From NCBI GenBank assembly GCA_964016885.1, contig OZ024743.1, positions 138,012,001 to 138,076,000 on the forward strand: 64,000 nucleotides of DNA. Reading direction: 5' to 3'. The DNA is from Eledone cirrhosa. Its lineage: Eukaryota. A program made the translations under genes and the position numbers. Each line of letters opens with the position of its first letter. Within the stretch, counting starts at the first letter, position 1. Of this stretch, positions 22,530 to 33,800 are shown piece by piece. Below the pieces are notes generated by a model, which made no database searches, was not told where the DNA came from, and worked only from the letters and a program-made list of their open reading frames with translations.

Positions 22530-25500
22530 TTTGGTGCTTGGTGCTTGGTGTTTGATGTTTGGTCCTTGGTGCTTGGTGTTTGGTGTTGTGTGCTTGGTGC
22601 ATGGTGCTTGATGTTTGGTGCTTTGTGCTTGGTGCTTGGTGTTTGGCGTTTGCTGTTTGCTGTTTGGTGTTTGGTGTTTGCTGCTTGGTGTTTGCTGTTT
22701 GGTGTTTGGTGTTTGGTGCTTGCTGTTTGGTGCTTGGTGCTTGGTGTTTGGTGTTAGGTGCTTGGTGTTTGGTGCTTGGTGCTTGGTGCTGAGTGTTTGA
22801 TGCTTGGTGCTTGGTGTTTGGTGCTTGGTGATTGGTGCTTGGTGTTTGGTCCTTGGTGCTTGGTGCTTGGTCTTTGGTGCTTGGGTTTTGGTGTTTGGTG
22901 CTTGGTGCTTGGTGTTTGGTGCTTGGTGCTTGGTGTTTGGTGCTTGGTGCTTGGTGTTTGGTGCTTGGTGCTTTGTGTTTGGTGCTTGGTGTTTGGTGCT
23001 TGCTGCTTGGTGCTTGGTGTTTGGTGCTTGGTGCTTGGTGATTAGTGTTTGGTGATTGTGCTTGGGGTTTGGTGTTTGGGGCTTGGTGTTTGGTGCTTAG
23101 TGCTTGCTGTTTGGTGTTTGGTGTTTGGTTCTTGGTGCTTGGTGTTTGGTGTTTGGTGTTTGGTGCTTGGTGCTTGGTGCTTGGTGTTTGGTGCTTGGTG
23201 CTTGGTGTTTGGTGCTTGGTGCCTGGTGCTTGTTGTTTGGTGTTTGGTGCTTAGTGCTTGGTGTTTGGTGTTTGGTGCTTGGTGCTTGGTGGCTGGTGTT
23301 TGGTGCTTGGTGTTTGGAGTTTGGTGCTTGGTGCTTGGTGCCTGGTGTTTCGTGCTTGGTGCTTGGTGCTTGGTGCTTGGTGTTTGGTGTTTGGTGTTTG
23401 GTGTTTGGTGTTTGCTGTTTGGTGTCTGCTTTTTGGTGTTTGGTGTTTGCTGTATGGTGTTTGCTGTTTCGTATTTGGTTTTTGTTGTTTGGTGTTTGGT
23501 GTTTGCTGTTTGGTGTTTGGTGTTTGGTGCTTGGTGCTTGGTGCTTGGCTTTGGTGCTTGGTGCTTGGTGTTTGGTGCTTGGTGCTTGGTGTTTGGTGTT
23601 TGGTGCTTGGTGCCTGGTGCTTGTTGTATGGGGTTTGGTGCTTGGTGCTTGGTGTTTGGTGTTTGCTGCTTGGTGTCTGGTGTTTGGTGCTTGGTGTTTG
23701 GTGTTTGGTGCTTGGTGCTTGGTGCTTGGTGTTTGGTGTTTGGTGCTTGGTGCTTGGTGTTTGGTGTTTGGTGCTGGGTGCATGGAGTTTGGTGCTTGGT
23801 GTTTGGTGCTGCGTGCTTGGTGTTTGGTGTTTGGTGTTTGGTGCCTGGTGCTTGTTGTTTGGTGTTTGGTGCTTAGTGCTTGGTGTTTGGTGTTTGGTGC
23901 TTGGTGCTTGGTGGCTGGTGCTTGGTGCTTGGTGTTTGGAGTTTGGTGCTTGGTGCTTGGTGCCTGGTGTTTCGTGCTTGGTGCTTGGTGCTTGGTGTTT
24001 GGTGTTTGGTGCTTGGTGTTTGGTGTTTGGTGTTTGGTGCTTGGTGTTTGGTGTTTGGTGCTTGGTGTTTGGTGCTTGGTGCTTGGTGCTGGGTGTTTGG
24101 TGCTTGGTGCTGGGTGTTTGGTGCTTGGTGCTTGGTGTTTGGTGCTTGGTGCTTGGTGCTTGGTGCTTGGTGTTTGGTGCTTGGTGCTTGGTGTTTGGTG
24201 TTTGGTGCTGGGTGCATGGAGTTTGGTGCTTGGTGCTTGTGCTTGGTGTTTGGTGTTTGGTGCTTGGTATTTGGTGTTTGGTGTTTGATGCTTGGTGTGT
24301 GGTGCTTGGTGCTTGGTGTTTTGTGTTTGGTGCTTGGTGCTTGGTGCCTGGTGCTTGGTGCTTGGTGCTTGTTGTTTGGTGCTTGGTGCTTGGTGATTAG
24401 TGTTTGGTGCTTGGTGCTTGGTGTTTGGTGCTTGGTGTTTGGTGCTTGATGCCTGGTGCTTGGTGTTTGGTGTTTGATGGTTGGTGTTTGGTGTTTGGTG
24501 TTTGGTACTTGGTGTTCGGTGCTTGGTGCTTGGTGCTTGGTGCTTGGTGTTTGGTGTTTGGTGCTTGGTGCTTGGTGTTTGATGTTTGGTCCTTGGTGCT
24601 TGGTTTTTGGTGTTGTGTGCTTGGTGCATGTTGCTTGATGTTTGGTGCTTGGTGCTTGGTGCTTGGTGTTTGGCGTTTGCTGTTTGTTGTTTGGTGTTTG
24701 GTGTTTGCTGTTTGGTGTTTACTGTTTGGTGTTTGGTGTTTGGTGCTTGCTGTTTGGTGCTTGGTGCTTGGTGTTTGGTGTTAGGTGCTTGGTGTTTGGT
24801 GCTTGGTGCTTGGTGCTGAGTGTTTGGTGCTTGGTGCTTGGTGTTTGGTGCTTGGTGATTGGTGCTTGGTGTTTGGTCCTTGGTGCTTGGTGCTTGGTCT
24901 TTGGTGCTTGGGTTTTGGTGTTTGGTGCTTGGTGCTTGGTGTTTGGTGCTTGGTGCTTGGTGCTTGGTGTTTGGTGCTTGCTGCTTGGTGCTTGGTGTTT
25001 GGTGCTTGGTGCTTGGTGATTAGTGTTTGGTGATTGTGCTTGGGGTTTGGTGTTTGGGGCTTGGTGTTTGGTGCTTAGTGCTTGCTGTTTGGTGTTTGGT
25101 GTTTGGTTCTTGGTGCTTGGTGTTTGGTGTTTGGTGTTTGGTGCTTGGTGCTTGGTGCTTGGTGTTTGGTGCTGGGTGCATGGTGCTTGGTGCTTGGTGT
25201 TTTGTGTTTGGTGCTTGGTGCTTGGTGCCTGGTGCTTGGTGCTTGGTGATTAGTGTTTGGTGCTTGGTGCTTGGTGTTTGGTGCTTGGTGTTTGGTGCTT
25301 GGTGCCTGGTGCTTGGTGTTTGGTGTTTGATGCTTGGTGTTTGGTGTTTGGTGTTTGGTACTTGGTGTTCGGTGCTTGGTGCTTGGTGCTTGGTGCTTGG
25401 TGTTTGGTGTTTGGTGCTTAGTGCTTGGTGTTTGGTGTTTGGTGCTTGGTGCTTGGTGGCTGGTGTTTGGTGCTTGGTGTTTGGAGTTTGGTGCTTGGTG

Positions 25501-28500
25501 CTTGGTGCCTGGTGTTTCGTGCTTGGTGCTTGGTGCTTGGTGTTTGGTGTTTGGTGTTTGGTGTTTGGTGTTTGGTGTTTGCTGTTTGGTGTCTGATTTT
25601 TGGTGTTTGGTGTTTGCTGTATGGTGTTTGCTGTTTCGTATTTGGTTTTTGCTGTTTGGTGTTTGGTGTTTGCTGTTTGGTGTTTGGTGTTTGGTGCTTG
25701 GTGCCTGGTGCTTGTTGTATGGTGTTTGGTGCTTGGTGCTTGGTGTTTGGTGTTTGCTGCTTGGTGTCTGGTGTTTGGTGCTTGGTGTTTGGTGTTTGGT
25801 GCTTGGTGCTTGGTGCTTGGTGTTTGGTGTTTGGTGCTTGGTGCTTGGTGTTTGGTGTTTGGTGCTGGGTGCATGGAGTTTGGTGCTTGGTGCTTAGTGC
25901 TTGGTGTTTGGTGTTTGGTGCTTGGTATTTGGTGTTTGGTGTTTGATGCTTGGTGCGTGGTGCTTGGTGCTTGGTGTTTTGTGTTTGGTGCTTGGTGCTT
26001 GGTGCCTGGTGCTTGGTGCTTGGTGATTAGTGTTTGGTGCTTGGTGCTTGGTGTTTGGTGCTTGGTGTTTGGTGCTTGGTGCCTGGTGCTTGGAGTTTGG
26101 TGTTTGATGCTTGGTGTTTGGTGTTTGGTGTTTGGTACTTGGTGTTCGGTGCTTGGTGCTTGGTGCTTGGTGCTTGGTGTTTGGTGTTTGGTGCTTGGTG
26201 CTTGGTGTTTGATGTTTGGTCCTTGGTGCTTGGTGTTTGGTGTTGTGTGCTTGGTGCTTGGTGCTTGGTGTTTGGTGCTTGGTGCTTGGTGTTTGGTGCT
26301 TGGTGCTTGGTGTTTGATGTTTGGTCCTTGGTGCTTGGTGTTTGGTGTTGTGTGCTTGGTGCATGGTGCTTGATGTTTGGTGCTTGGTGCTTGGTACTTG
26401 GTGTTTGGCGTTTGCTGTTTGCTGTTTGGTGTTTGGTGTTTGCTGTTTGGTGTTTGCTGTTTGGTGTTTGGTGTTTGGTGCTTGCTGTTTGGTGCTTGGT
26501 GCTTGGTGTTTGGTGTTAGGTGCTTGGTGTTTGGTGCTTGGTGCTTGGTGCTGAGTGTTTGGTGCTTGGTGCTTGGTGTTTGGTGCTTGGTGATTGGTGC
26601 TTGGTGTTTGGTCCTTGGTGCTTGGTGCTTGGTCTTTGGTGCTTGGGTTTTGGTGTTTGGTGCTTGGTGCTTGGTGTTTGGTGCTTGGTGCTTGGTGTTT
26701 GGTGCTTGGTGCTTGGTGTTTGGTGCTTGGTGCTTTGTGTTTGGTGCTTGGTGTTTGGTGCTTGCTGCTTGGTGCTTGGTGTTTGGTGCTTGGTGCTTGG
26801 TGATTAGTGTTTGGTGATTGTGCTTGGGGTTTGGTGTTTGGGGCTTGGTGTTTGGTGCTTAGTGCTTGCTGTTTGGTGTTTGGTGTTAGCTTCTTGGTGC
26901 TTGGTGTTTGGTGTTTGGTGTTTGGTGCTTGGTGCTTGGTGCTTGGTGTTTGGTGCTTGGTGCTTGGTGTTTGGTGCTTGGTGCCTGGTGCTTGTTGTTT
27001 GGTGTTTGGTGTTTAGTGCTTGGTGTTTGGTGTTTGGTGCTTGGTGCTTGGTGGCTGGTGTTTGGTGCTTGGTGTTTGGAGTTTGGTGCTTGGTGCTTGG
27101 TGCCTGGTGTTTCGTGCTTGGTGCTTGGTGCTTGGTGCTTGGTGTTTGGTGTTTGGTGTTTGGTGTTTGGTGTTTGCTGTTTGGTGTCTGCTTTTTGGTG
27201 TTTGGTGTTTGCTGTATGGTGTTTGCTGTTTCGTATTTGGTTTTTGCTGTTTGGTGTTTGGTGTTTGCTGTTTGGTGTTTGGTGTTTGGTGCTTGGTGCT
27301 TGGTGCTTGGCTTTGGTGCTTGGTGCTTGGTGTTTGGTGCTTGGTGCTTGGTGTTTGGTGTTTGGTGCTTGGTGCCTGGTGCTTGTTGTATAGGGTTTGG
27401 TGCTTGGTGCTTGGTGTTTGGTGTTTGGTGCTTGGTGCTTGGTGCTTGGTGTTTGGTGTTTGGTGCTTGGTGCTTGGTGTTTGGTGTTTGGTGCTGGGTG
27501 CATGGAGTTTGGTGCTTGGTGCTTAGTGCTTGGTGTTTGGTGCTGCGTGCTTGGTGTTTGGTGTTTGGTGTTTGGTGCCTGGTGCTTGTTGTTTGGTGTT
27601 TGGTGCTTAGTGCTTGGTGTTTGGTGTTTGGTGCTTGGTGCTTGGTGGCTGGTGCTTGGTGCTTGGTGTTTGGAGTTTGGTGCTTGGTGCTTGGTGCCTG
27701 GTGTTTCGTGCTTGGTGCTTGGTGCTTGGTGTTTGGTGTTTGGTGCTTGGTGTTTGGTGTTTGGTGCTTGGTGCTTGGTGTTTGGTGTTTGGTGCTTGGT
27801 GTTTGGTGCTTGGTGCTTGGTGCTGGGTGTTTGGTGCTTGGTGCTTGGTGTTTGGTGCTTGGTGCTTGGTGCTTGGTTTTTGGTCCTTGGTGCTTGGTGC
27901 TTGGTCTTTGGTGCTTGGGTTTTGGTGTTTGGTCCTTGGTGCTTGGTGTTTGGTGCTTGGTGCTTGGTGCTTGGTGCTTGGTGTTTGGTGCTTGGTGCTT
28001 GGTGTTTGGTGTTTGGTGCTGGGTGCATGGAGTTTGGTGCTTGGTGCTTGTGCTTGGTGTTTGGTGTTTGGTGCTTGGTATTTGGTGTTTGGTGTTTGAT
28101 GCTTGGTGTGTGGTGCTTGGTGCTTGGTGTTTTGTGTTTGGTGCTTGGTGCTTGGTGCCTGGTGCTTGGTGCTTGGTGCTTGTTGTTTGGTGCTTGGTGC
28201 TTGGTGATTAGTGTTTGGTGCTTGGTGCTTGGTGTTTGGTGCTTGGTGTTTGGTGCTTGGTGCCTGGTGCTTGATGTTTGGTGTTTGGTGTTTGGTACTT
28301 GGTGTTCGGTGCTTGGTGCATGGTGCTTGGTGCTTGGTGTTTGGTGTTTGGTGCTTGGTGCTTGGTGTTTGATGTTTGGTCCTTGTTTCTTGGTGTTTGG
28401 TGTTGTGTGCTTGGTGCATGGTGCTTGATGTTTGGTGCTTGGTGCTTGGTGCTTGGTGTTTGGCGTTTGCTGTTTGCTGTTTGGTGTTTGGTGTTTGCTG

Positions 28501-28950
28501 TTTGGTGTTTGCTGTTTGGTGTTTGGTGTTTGGTGCTTGCTGTTTGGTGCTTGGTGCTTGGTGTTTGGTGTTAGGTGCTTGGTGTTTGGTGCTTGGTGCT
28601 CGGTGCTGAGTGTTTGGTGCTTGGTGCTTGTTGTTTGGTGCTTGGTGATTGGTGCTTGGTGATTGGTCCTTGGTGCTTGGTGCTTGGTCTTTGGTGCTTG
28701 GGTTTTGGTGTTTGGTGCTTGGTGCTTGGTGTTTGGTGCTTGGTGCTTGGTGCTTGGTGCTTGGTGTTTGGTGCTTGCTGCTTGGTGCTTGGTGTTTGGT
28801 GCTTGGTGCTTGGTGATTAGTGTTTGGTGATTGTGCTTGGGGTTTGGTGTTTGGGGCTTGGTGTTTGGTGCTTAGTGCTTGCTGTTTGGTGTTTGGTGTT
28901 TGGTTCTTGGTGCTTGGTGTTTGGTGTTTGGTGTTTGGTGCTTGGTGCTT
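22530..28950 (+). repeat. ~3.76-kb-offset duplication with ~1.7-2.0 kb sub-period (~22.5-25.15 kb versus ~26.3-28.95 kb)
   Basis: ORF pairs 22559/26321, 23045/26807 and 23258/27020 (3762) and 24586/28376 (3790). Marker tgagtgt at 22790, 24817, 26552 and 28607. The 6-bp unit ttgtgc follows ttggtga at 23056, 25034, 26818 and 28831. Confidence 0.82.
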
Positions 28951-29151
28951 GGTGCTTGGTGTTTGGTGCTTGGTGCTTGGTGTTTGGTGCTTGGTGCCTG
29001 GTGCTTGTTGTTTGGTGTTTGGTGCTTAGTGCTTGGTGTTTGGTGTTTGGTGCTTGGTGCTTGGTGGCTGGTGTTTGGTGCTTGGTGTTTGGAGTTTGGT
29101 GCTTGGTGCTTGGTGCCTGGTGTTTCGTGCTTGGTGCTTGGTGCTTGGTGC

Positions 29152-29298
29152 TTGGTGTTTGGTGTTTGGTGTTTGGTGTTTGGTGTTTGCTGTTTGGTGT
29201 CTGCTTTTTGGTGTTTGGTGTTTGCTGTATGGTGTTTGCTGTTTCGTATTTGGTTTTTGCTGTTTGGTGTTTGGTGTTTGCTGTTTGGTGTTTGGTGT
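29152..29298 (+). repeat. Divergent TTGCTGT-rich island (one of ten copies)
   Basis: 21 consecutive T-ending units, including ttgctgt, ctgcttt, atggtgt, ttcgtat and ttggttt. The core unit lies at 20396, 23426, 25593 (ctgattt), 27188, 29201, 50980, 54166, 57316, 59976 and 63196. Confidence 0.85.
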
Positions 29299-30866
29299 TT
29301 GGTGCTTGGTGCTTGGTGGCTGGTGTTTGGTGCTTGGTGTTTGGAGTTTGGTGCTTGGTGCTTGGTGTCTGGTGTTTGGTGCTTGGTGTTTGGTGTTTGG
29401 TGCTTGGTGCTTGGTGCTTGGTGTTTGGTGTTTGGTGCTTGGTGCTTGGTGTTTGGTGTTTGGTGCTGGGTGCATGGAGTTTGGTGCGTGGTGCTTGGTG
29501 CTTGGTGTTTTGTGTTTGGTGCTTGGTGCTTGGTGCCTGGTGCTTGGTGCTTGGTGATTAGTGTTTGGTGCTTGGTGCTTGGTGTTTGGTGCTTGGTGTT
29601 TGGTGCTTGGTGCCTGGTGCTTGGTGTTTGGTGTTTGATGCTTGGTGTTTGGTGTTTGGTGTTTGGTACTTGGTGTTCGGTGCTTGGTGCTTGGTGCTTG
29701 GTGCTTGGTGTTTGGTGTTTGGTGCTTGGTGCTTGGTGTTTGATGTTTGGTCCTTGGTGCTTGGTGTTTGGTGTTGTGTGCTTGGTGCTTGGTGCTTGGT
29801 GTTTGGTGCTTGGTGCTTGGTGCTTGGTGTTTGGCGTTTGCTGTTTGCTGTTTGGTGTTTGGTGTTTGCTGTTTGGTGTTTGCTGTTTGGTGCTTGGTGC
29901 TTGGTGTTTGGTGTTTGGTGCTTGGTGTTTGGTGCTTGGTGCTTGGTGCTGGGTGTTTGGTGCTTGGTGCTTGGTGTTTGGTGCTTGGTGATTGGTGCTT
30001 GGTGTTTGGTCCTTGGTGCTTGGTGCTTGGTCTTTGGTGCTTGGGTTTTGGTGTTTGGTGCTTGGTGCTTGGTGTTTGGTGCTTGGTGTTTGGTGCTTGG
30101 TGCTTGGTTATTAGTGTTTGGTGATTGGTGCTTGGGGTTTGGTGTTTGGGGCTTGGTGTTTGGTGCTTAGTGCTTGCTGTTTGGTGTTTGGTGTTTGGTT
30201 CTTGGTGCTTGGTGTTTGGTGTTTGGTGTTTGGTGCTTGGTGCTTGGTGCTTGGTGTTTGGTGCTTGGTGCTTGGTGCATGGTGTTTGGTGCTACGTGTT
30301 TGGTGTTTGGTGTTTGGTGCTTGGTGCCTGGTGCTTGTTGTTTGGTGTTTGGTGCTTAGTGCTTGGTGTTTGGGGTTTGGTGCTTGGTGCTTGGTGGCTG
30401 GTGTTTGGTGCTTGGTGTTTGGAGTTTGGTGCTTGGTGCTTGGTGCCTGGTGTTTCGTGCTTGGTGCTTGGTGCTTGGTGTTTGATGTTTGGTGCTTGGT
30501 GTTTGGTGTTTGGTACTTGGTGCTTGGTGCTTGGTGCTTGGTGTTTGGTGCTTGGTGTTTGATGCTGCGTGCTTGGTGTTTGGTGTTTGGTGCTTGGTGC
30601 TTGGTGTTTGGTGTTTGGAGCTTGGTGCCTGGTGCTTGTTGTTTGGTGTTTGGCGCTTGGTGCTTGGTGTTTGGTGTTTGGCGCTTGGTGCTTGGTGTTT
30701 GGTGTTTGGTGCTTGGTGCTTGGTGCTTGGTATCTGGTGTTTGGTGCTTGATGTTTGGTGTTTGGTGCTTGGTGTTTGGTGTTTGGTGCTTGGTGTTTGG
30801 TGCTTGGTGTTTGGTGTTTGGTGTTTGATGCTTGGTGTTTGCTGCTTGGTGCTTGGTGCTTGGTGT

Positions 30867-33800
30867 TTTGTGTTTGGTGCTTGGTGCTTGGTGCCTGGTG
30901 CTTGGTGCTTGGTGCTTGTTGTTTGGTTCTTGGTGCTTGGTGATTAGTGTTTGGTGCTTGGTGCTTGCTGATTGGTGTTTGGTGTTCGGTTCTTGGTGCT
31001 TGGTGTATGGTGTTTAGTGTCTGGTGCTTGGTGCTTGGTGCTTGGTGTTTGGTGCTTGGTGCTTGGTGCTTGGTGTTTGGTGCTGCGTGCTTGGTGTTTG
31101 GTGTTTGGTGTTTGGTGCCTGGTGCTTGTTGTTTGGTGTTTGGTGCTTAGTGCTTGGTGTTTGGTGTTTGGTGCTTGGTGCTTGGTGGCTGGTGCTTGGT
31201 GCTTGGTGTTTGGAGTTTGGTGCTTGGTGCTTGGTGCCTGGTGTTTCGTGCTTGGTGCTTGGTGCTTGGTGTTTGGTGTTTGGTGCTTGGTGTTTGGTGT
31301 TTGGTGCTTGGTGCTTGGTGTTTGGTGTTTGGTGCTTGGTGTTTGGTGCTTGGTGCTTGGTGCTGGGTGTTTGGTGCTTGGTGCTTGGTGTTTGGTGCTT
31401 GGTGCTTGGTGCTTGGTTTTTGGTCCTTGGTGCTTGGTGCTTGGTCTTTGGTGCTTGGGTTTTGGTGTTTGGTGCTTGGTGCTTGGTGTTTGGTGCTTGG
31501 TGCTTGGTCCTTGGTGCTTGGTGTTTGGTGCTTGGTGCTTGGTGTTTGGTGTTTGGTGTTTGGTGCTGGGTGCATGGAGTTTGGTGCTTGGTGCTTGTGC
31601 TTGGTGTTTGGTGTTTGGTGCTTGGTATTTGGTGTTTGGTGTTTGATGCTTGGTTTGTGGTGCTTGGTGCTTGGTGTTTTGTGTTTGGTGCTTGGTGCTT
31701 GGTGTTTGATGTTTGGTCCTTGGTGCTTGGTATTTGGTGATTGGTGCTTGGTGCCTGGTGCTTGGTGCTTGGTGCTTGTTGTTTGGTGCTTGGTGCTTGG
31801 TGATTAGTGTTTGGTGCTTGGTGCTTGGTGTTTGGTGCTTGGTGTTTGGTGCTTGGTGCCTGGTGCTTGGTGTTTGGTGTTTGATGCTTGGTGTTTGGTG
31901 TTTGGTGTTTGGTACTTGGTGTTCGGTGCTTGGTGCTTGGTGCTTGGTGCTTGGTGTATGGTGTTTGGTGCTTGGTGCTTGGTGTTTGATGTTTGGTCCT
32001 TGGTGCTTGGTGTTTGGTGTTGTGTGCTTGGTGCTTGGTGCTTGATGTTTGGTGCTTGGTGCTTGGTGCTTGGTGTTTGGCGTTTGCTGTTTGCTGTTTG
32101 GTGTTTGGTGTTTGCTGTTTGGTGTTTGCTGTTTGGTGTTTGGTGTTTGGTGCTTGCTGTTTGGTGCTTGGTGCTTGGTGTTTGGTGTTAGGTGCTTGGT
32201 GTTTGGTGCTTGGTGCTTGGTGCTGAGTGTTTGGTGCTTGGTGCTTGGTGTTTGGTGTTTGGTGATTGGTGCTTGGTGTTTGGTCCTTGGTGCTTGGTGC
32301 TTGGTCTTTGGTGCTTGGGTTTTGGTGTTTGGTGCTTGGTGCTTGGTGTTTGGTGCTTGGTGCTTGGTGCTTGGTGCTTGGTGTTTGGTGCTTGCTGCTT
32401 GGTGCTTGGTGTTTGGTGCTTGGTGCTTGGTGATTAGTGTTTGGTGATTGGTGCTTGGGGTTTGGTGTTTGGGGCTTGGTGTTTGGTGCTTAGTGCTTGC
32501 TGTTTGGTGTTTGGTGTTTGGTTCTTGGTGCTTGGTGTTTGGTGTTTGGTGTTTGGTGCTTGGTGCTTGGTGCTTGGTGATTGGTGCTTGGTGCTTGGTG
32601 TTTGGTGCTTGGTGCCTGGTGCTTGTTGTTTGGTGTTTGGTGCTTAGTGCTTGGTGCTTGGTGCTTGGTGCTTGGTGTTTGGTGTTTGGTGCTTGGTGTT
32701 TGGTGTTTGGTACTTGGTGCTTGGTGCTTGGTGCTTGGTGTTTGGTGCTTGGTGTTTGATGCTGCGTGCTTGGTGTTTGGTGTTTGGTGCTTGGTGCTTG
32801 GTGTTTGGTGTTTGGAGCTTGGTGACTGGTGCTTGTTGCTTGGTGTTTGGCTCTTGGTGCTTGGTGCCTGGTGTTTCGTGCTTGGTGCTTGGTGCTTGGT
32901 GTTTGGTGTTTGGTGCTTGGTGTTTGGTGTTTGGTACTTGGTGCTTGGTGCTTGGTGCTTGGTGTTTGGTGCTTGGTGTTTGATGCTGCGTGCTTGGTGT
33001 TTGGTGTTTGGTGCTTGGTGCTTGGTGTTTGGTGTTTGGAGCTTGGTGCCTGGTGCTTGTTGCTTGGTGTTTGGCGCTTGGTGCTTGGTGTTTGGTGTTT
33101 GGTGCTTGGTGCTTGGTGCTTGGTATCTGGTGTTTGGTGCTTGATGTTTGGTGTTTGGTGCTTGGTGTTTGGTGTTTGGTGCTTGGTGCTTGGTGTTTGG
33201 TGCTTGGTGCTTGGTGTTTTGTGTTTGGTGCTTGGTGCTTGGTGCCTGGTGCTTGGTGCTTGGTGCTTGTTGTTTGGTGCTTGGTGCTTGGTGATTAGTG
33301 TTTGGTGCTTGGTGCTTGCGGTTTGGTGTTTGGTGCTTGGGGTTTGGTGCTTGGTGCTTGTTGCTTGGTGTTTGGTGCTTGGTGCTTGGTGTTTGGTGCT
33401 TGGTGCCTGGTGTTTGGTGTTTGGCGTTTGCTGTTTGCTGTTTGGTGTTTGGTGCTTGCTGTTTGGTGCTTGGTGCATGGTGTTTGGTGTTTGGTGTTTT
33501 GTGCTTGGTGCTTGGTGTTTGGTGCTTGGTGCTTGGTGCTGGGTGTTTGGTGCTTGGTGCTTGGTGTTTGGTGCTTGGTGCTTGGTGCTTGGTGTTTGGT
33601 CCTTGGTGCTTGGTGCTTGGTATTTGGTGCTTGGGTTTTGGTGTTTGGTGCTTGGTGCTTGGTGTTTGGTGCTTGGTTCTTGGTGCTTGGTGCTTGGTGT
33701 TTGGTGATTGCTGCTTGGTGCTTGGTGTTTGGTACTTGGTGCTTGGTGATTAGTGTTTGGTGATTGGTGCTTGGGGTTTGCTGTTTGGTGCTTGGTGTTT

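Larger units (their letters stand above)
20900..31035 (+). repeat. Dispersed ~1.55-kb duplicate at constant offset 8581 bp (~20900-22455 versus ~29481-31035)
   Basis: ORF pairs 20984/29565, 21166/29747, 21537/30118, 21908/30489 and 22251/30832 are all at +8581. The private variant ttggtta-ttagtgt is present in both copies. Confidence 0.88.

Noticed and set aside
29152-29298. Island length of exactly 147 bp as a nucleosome-core signal
   Set aside because: Any 21 units give 147 bp, and another copy (~59920-60073) has 22 units, so this is probably coincidence.
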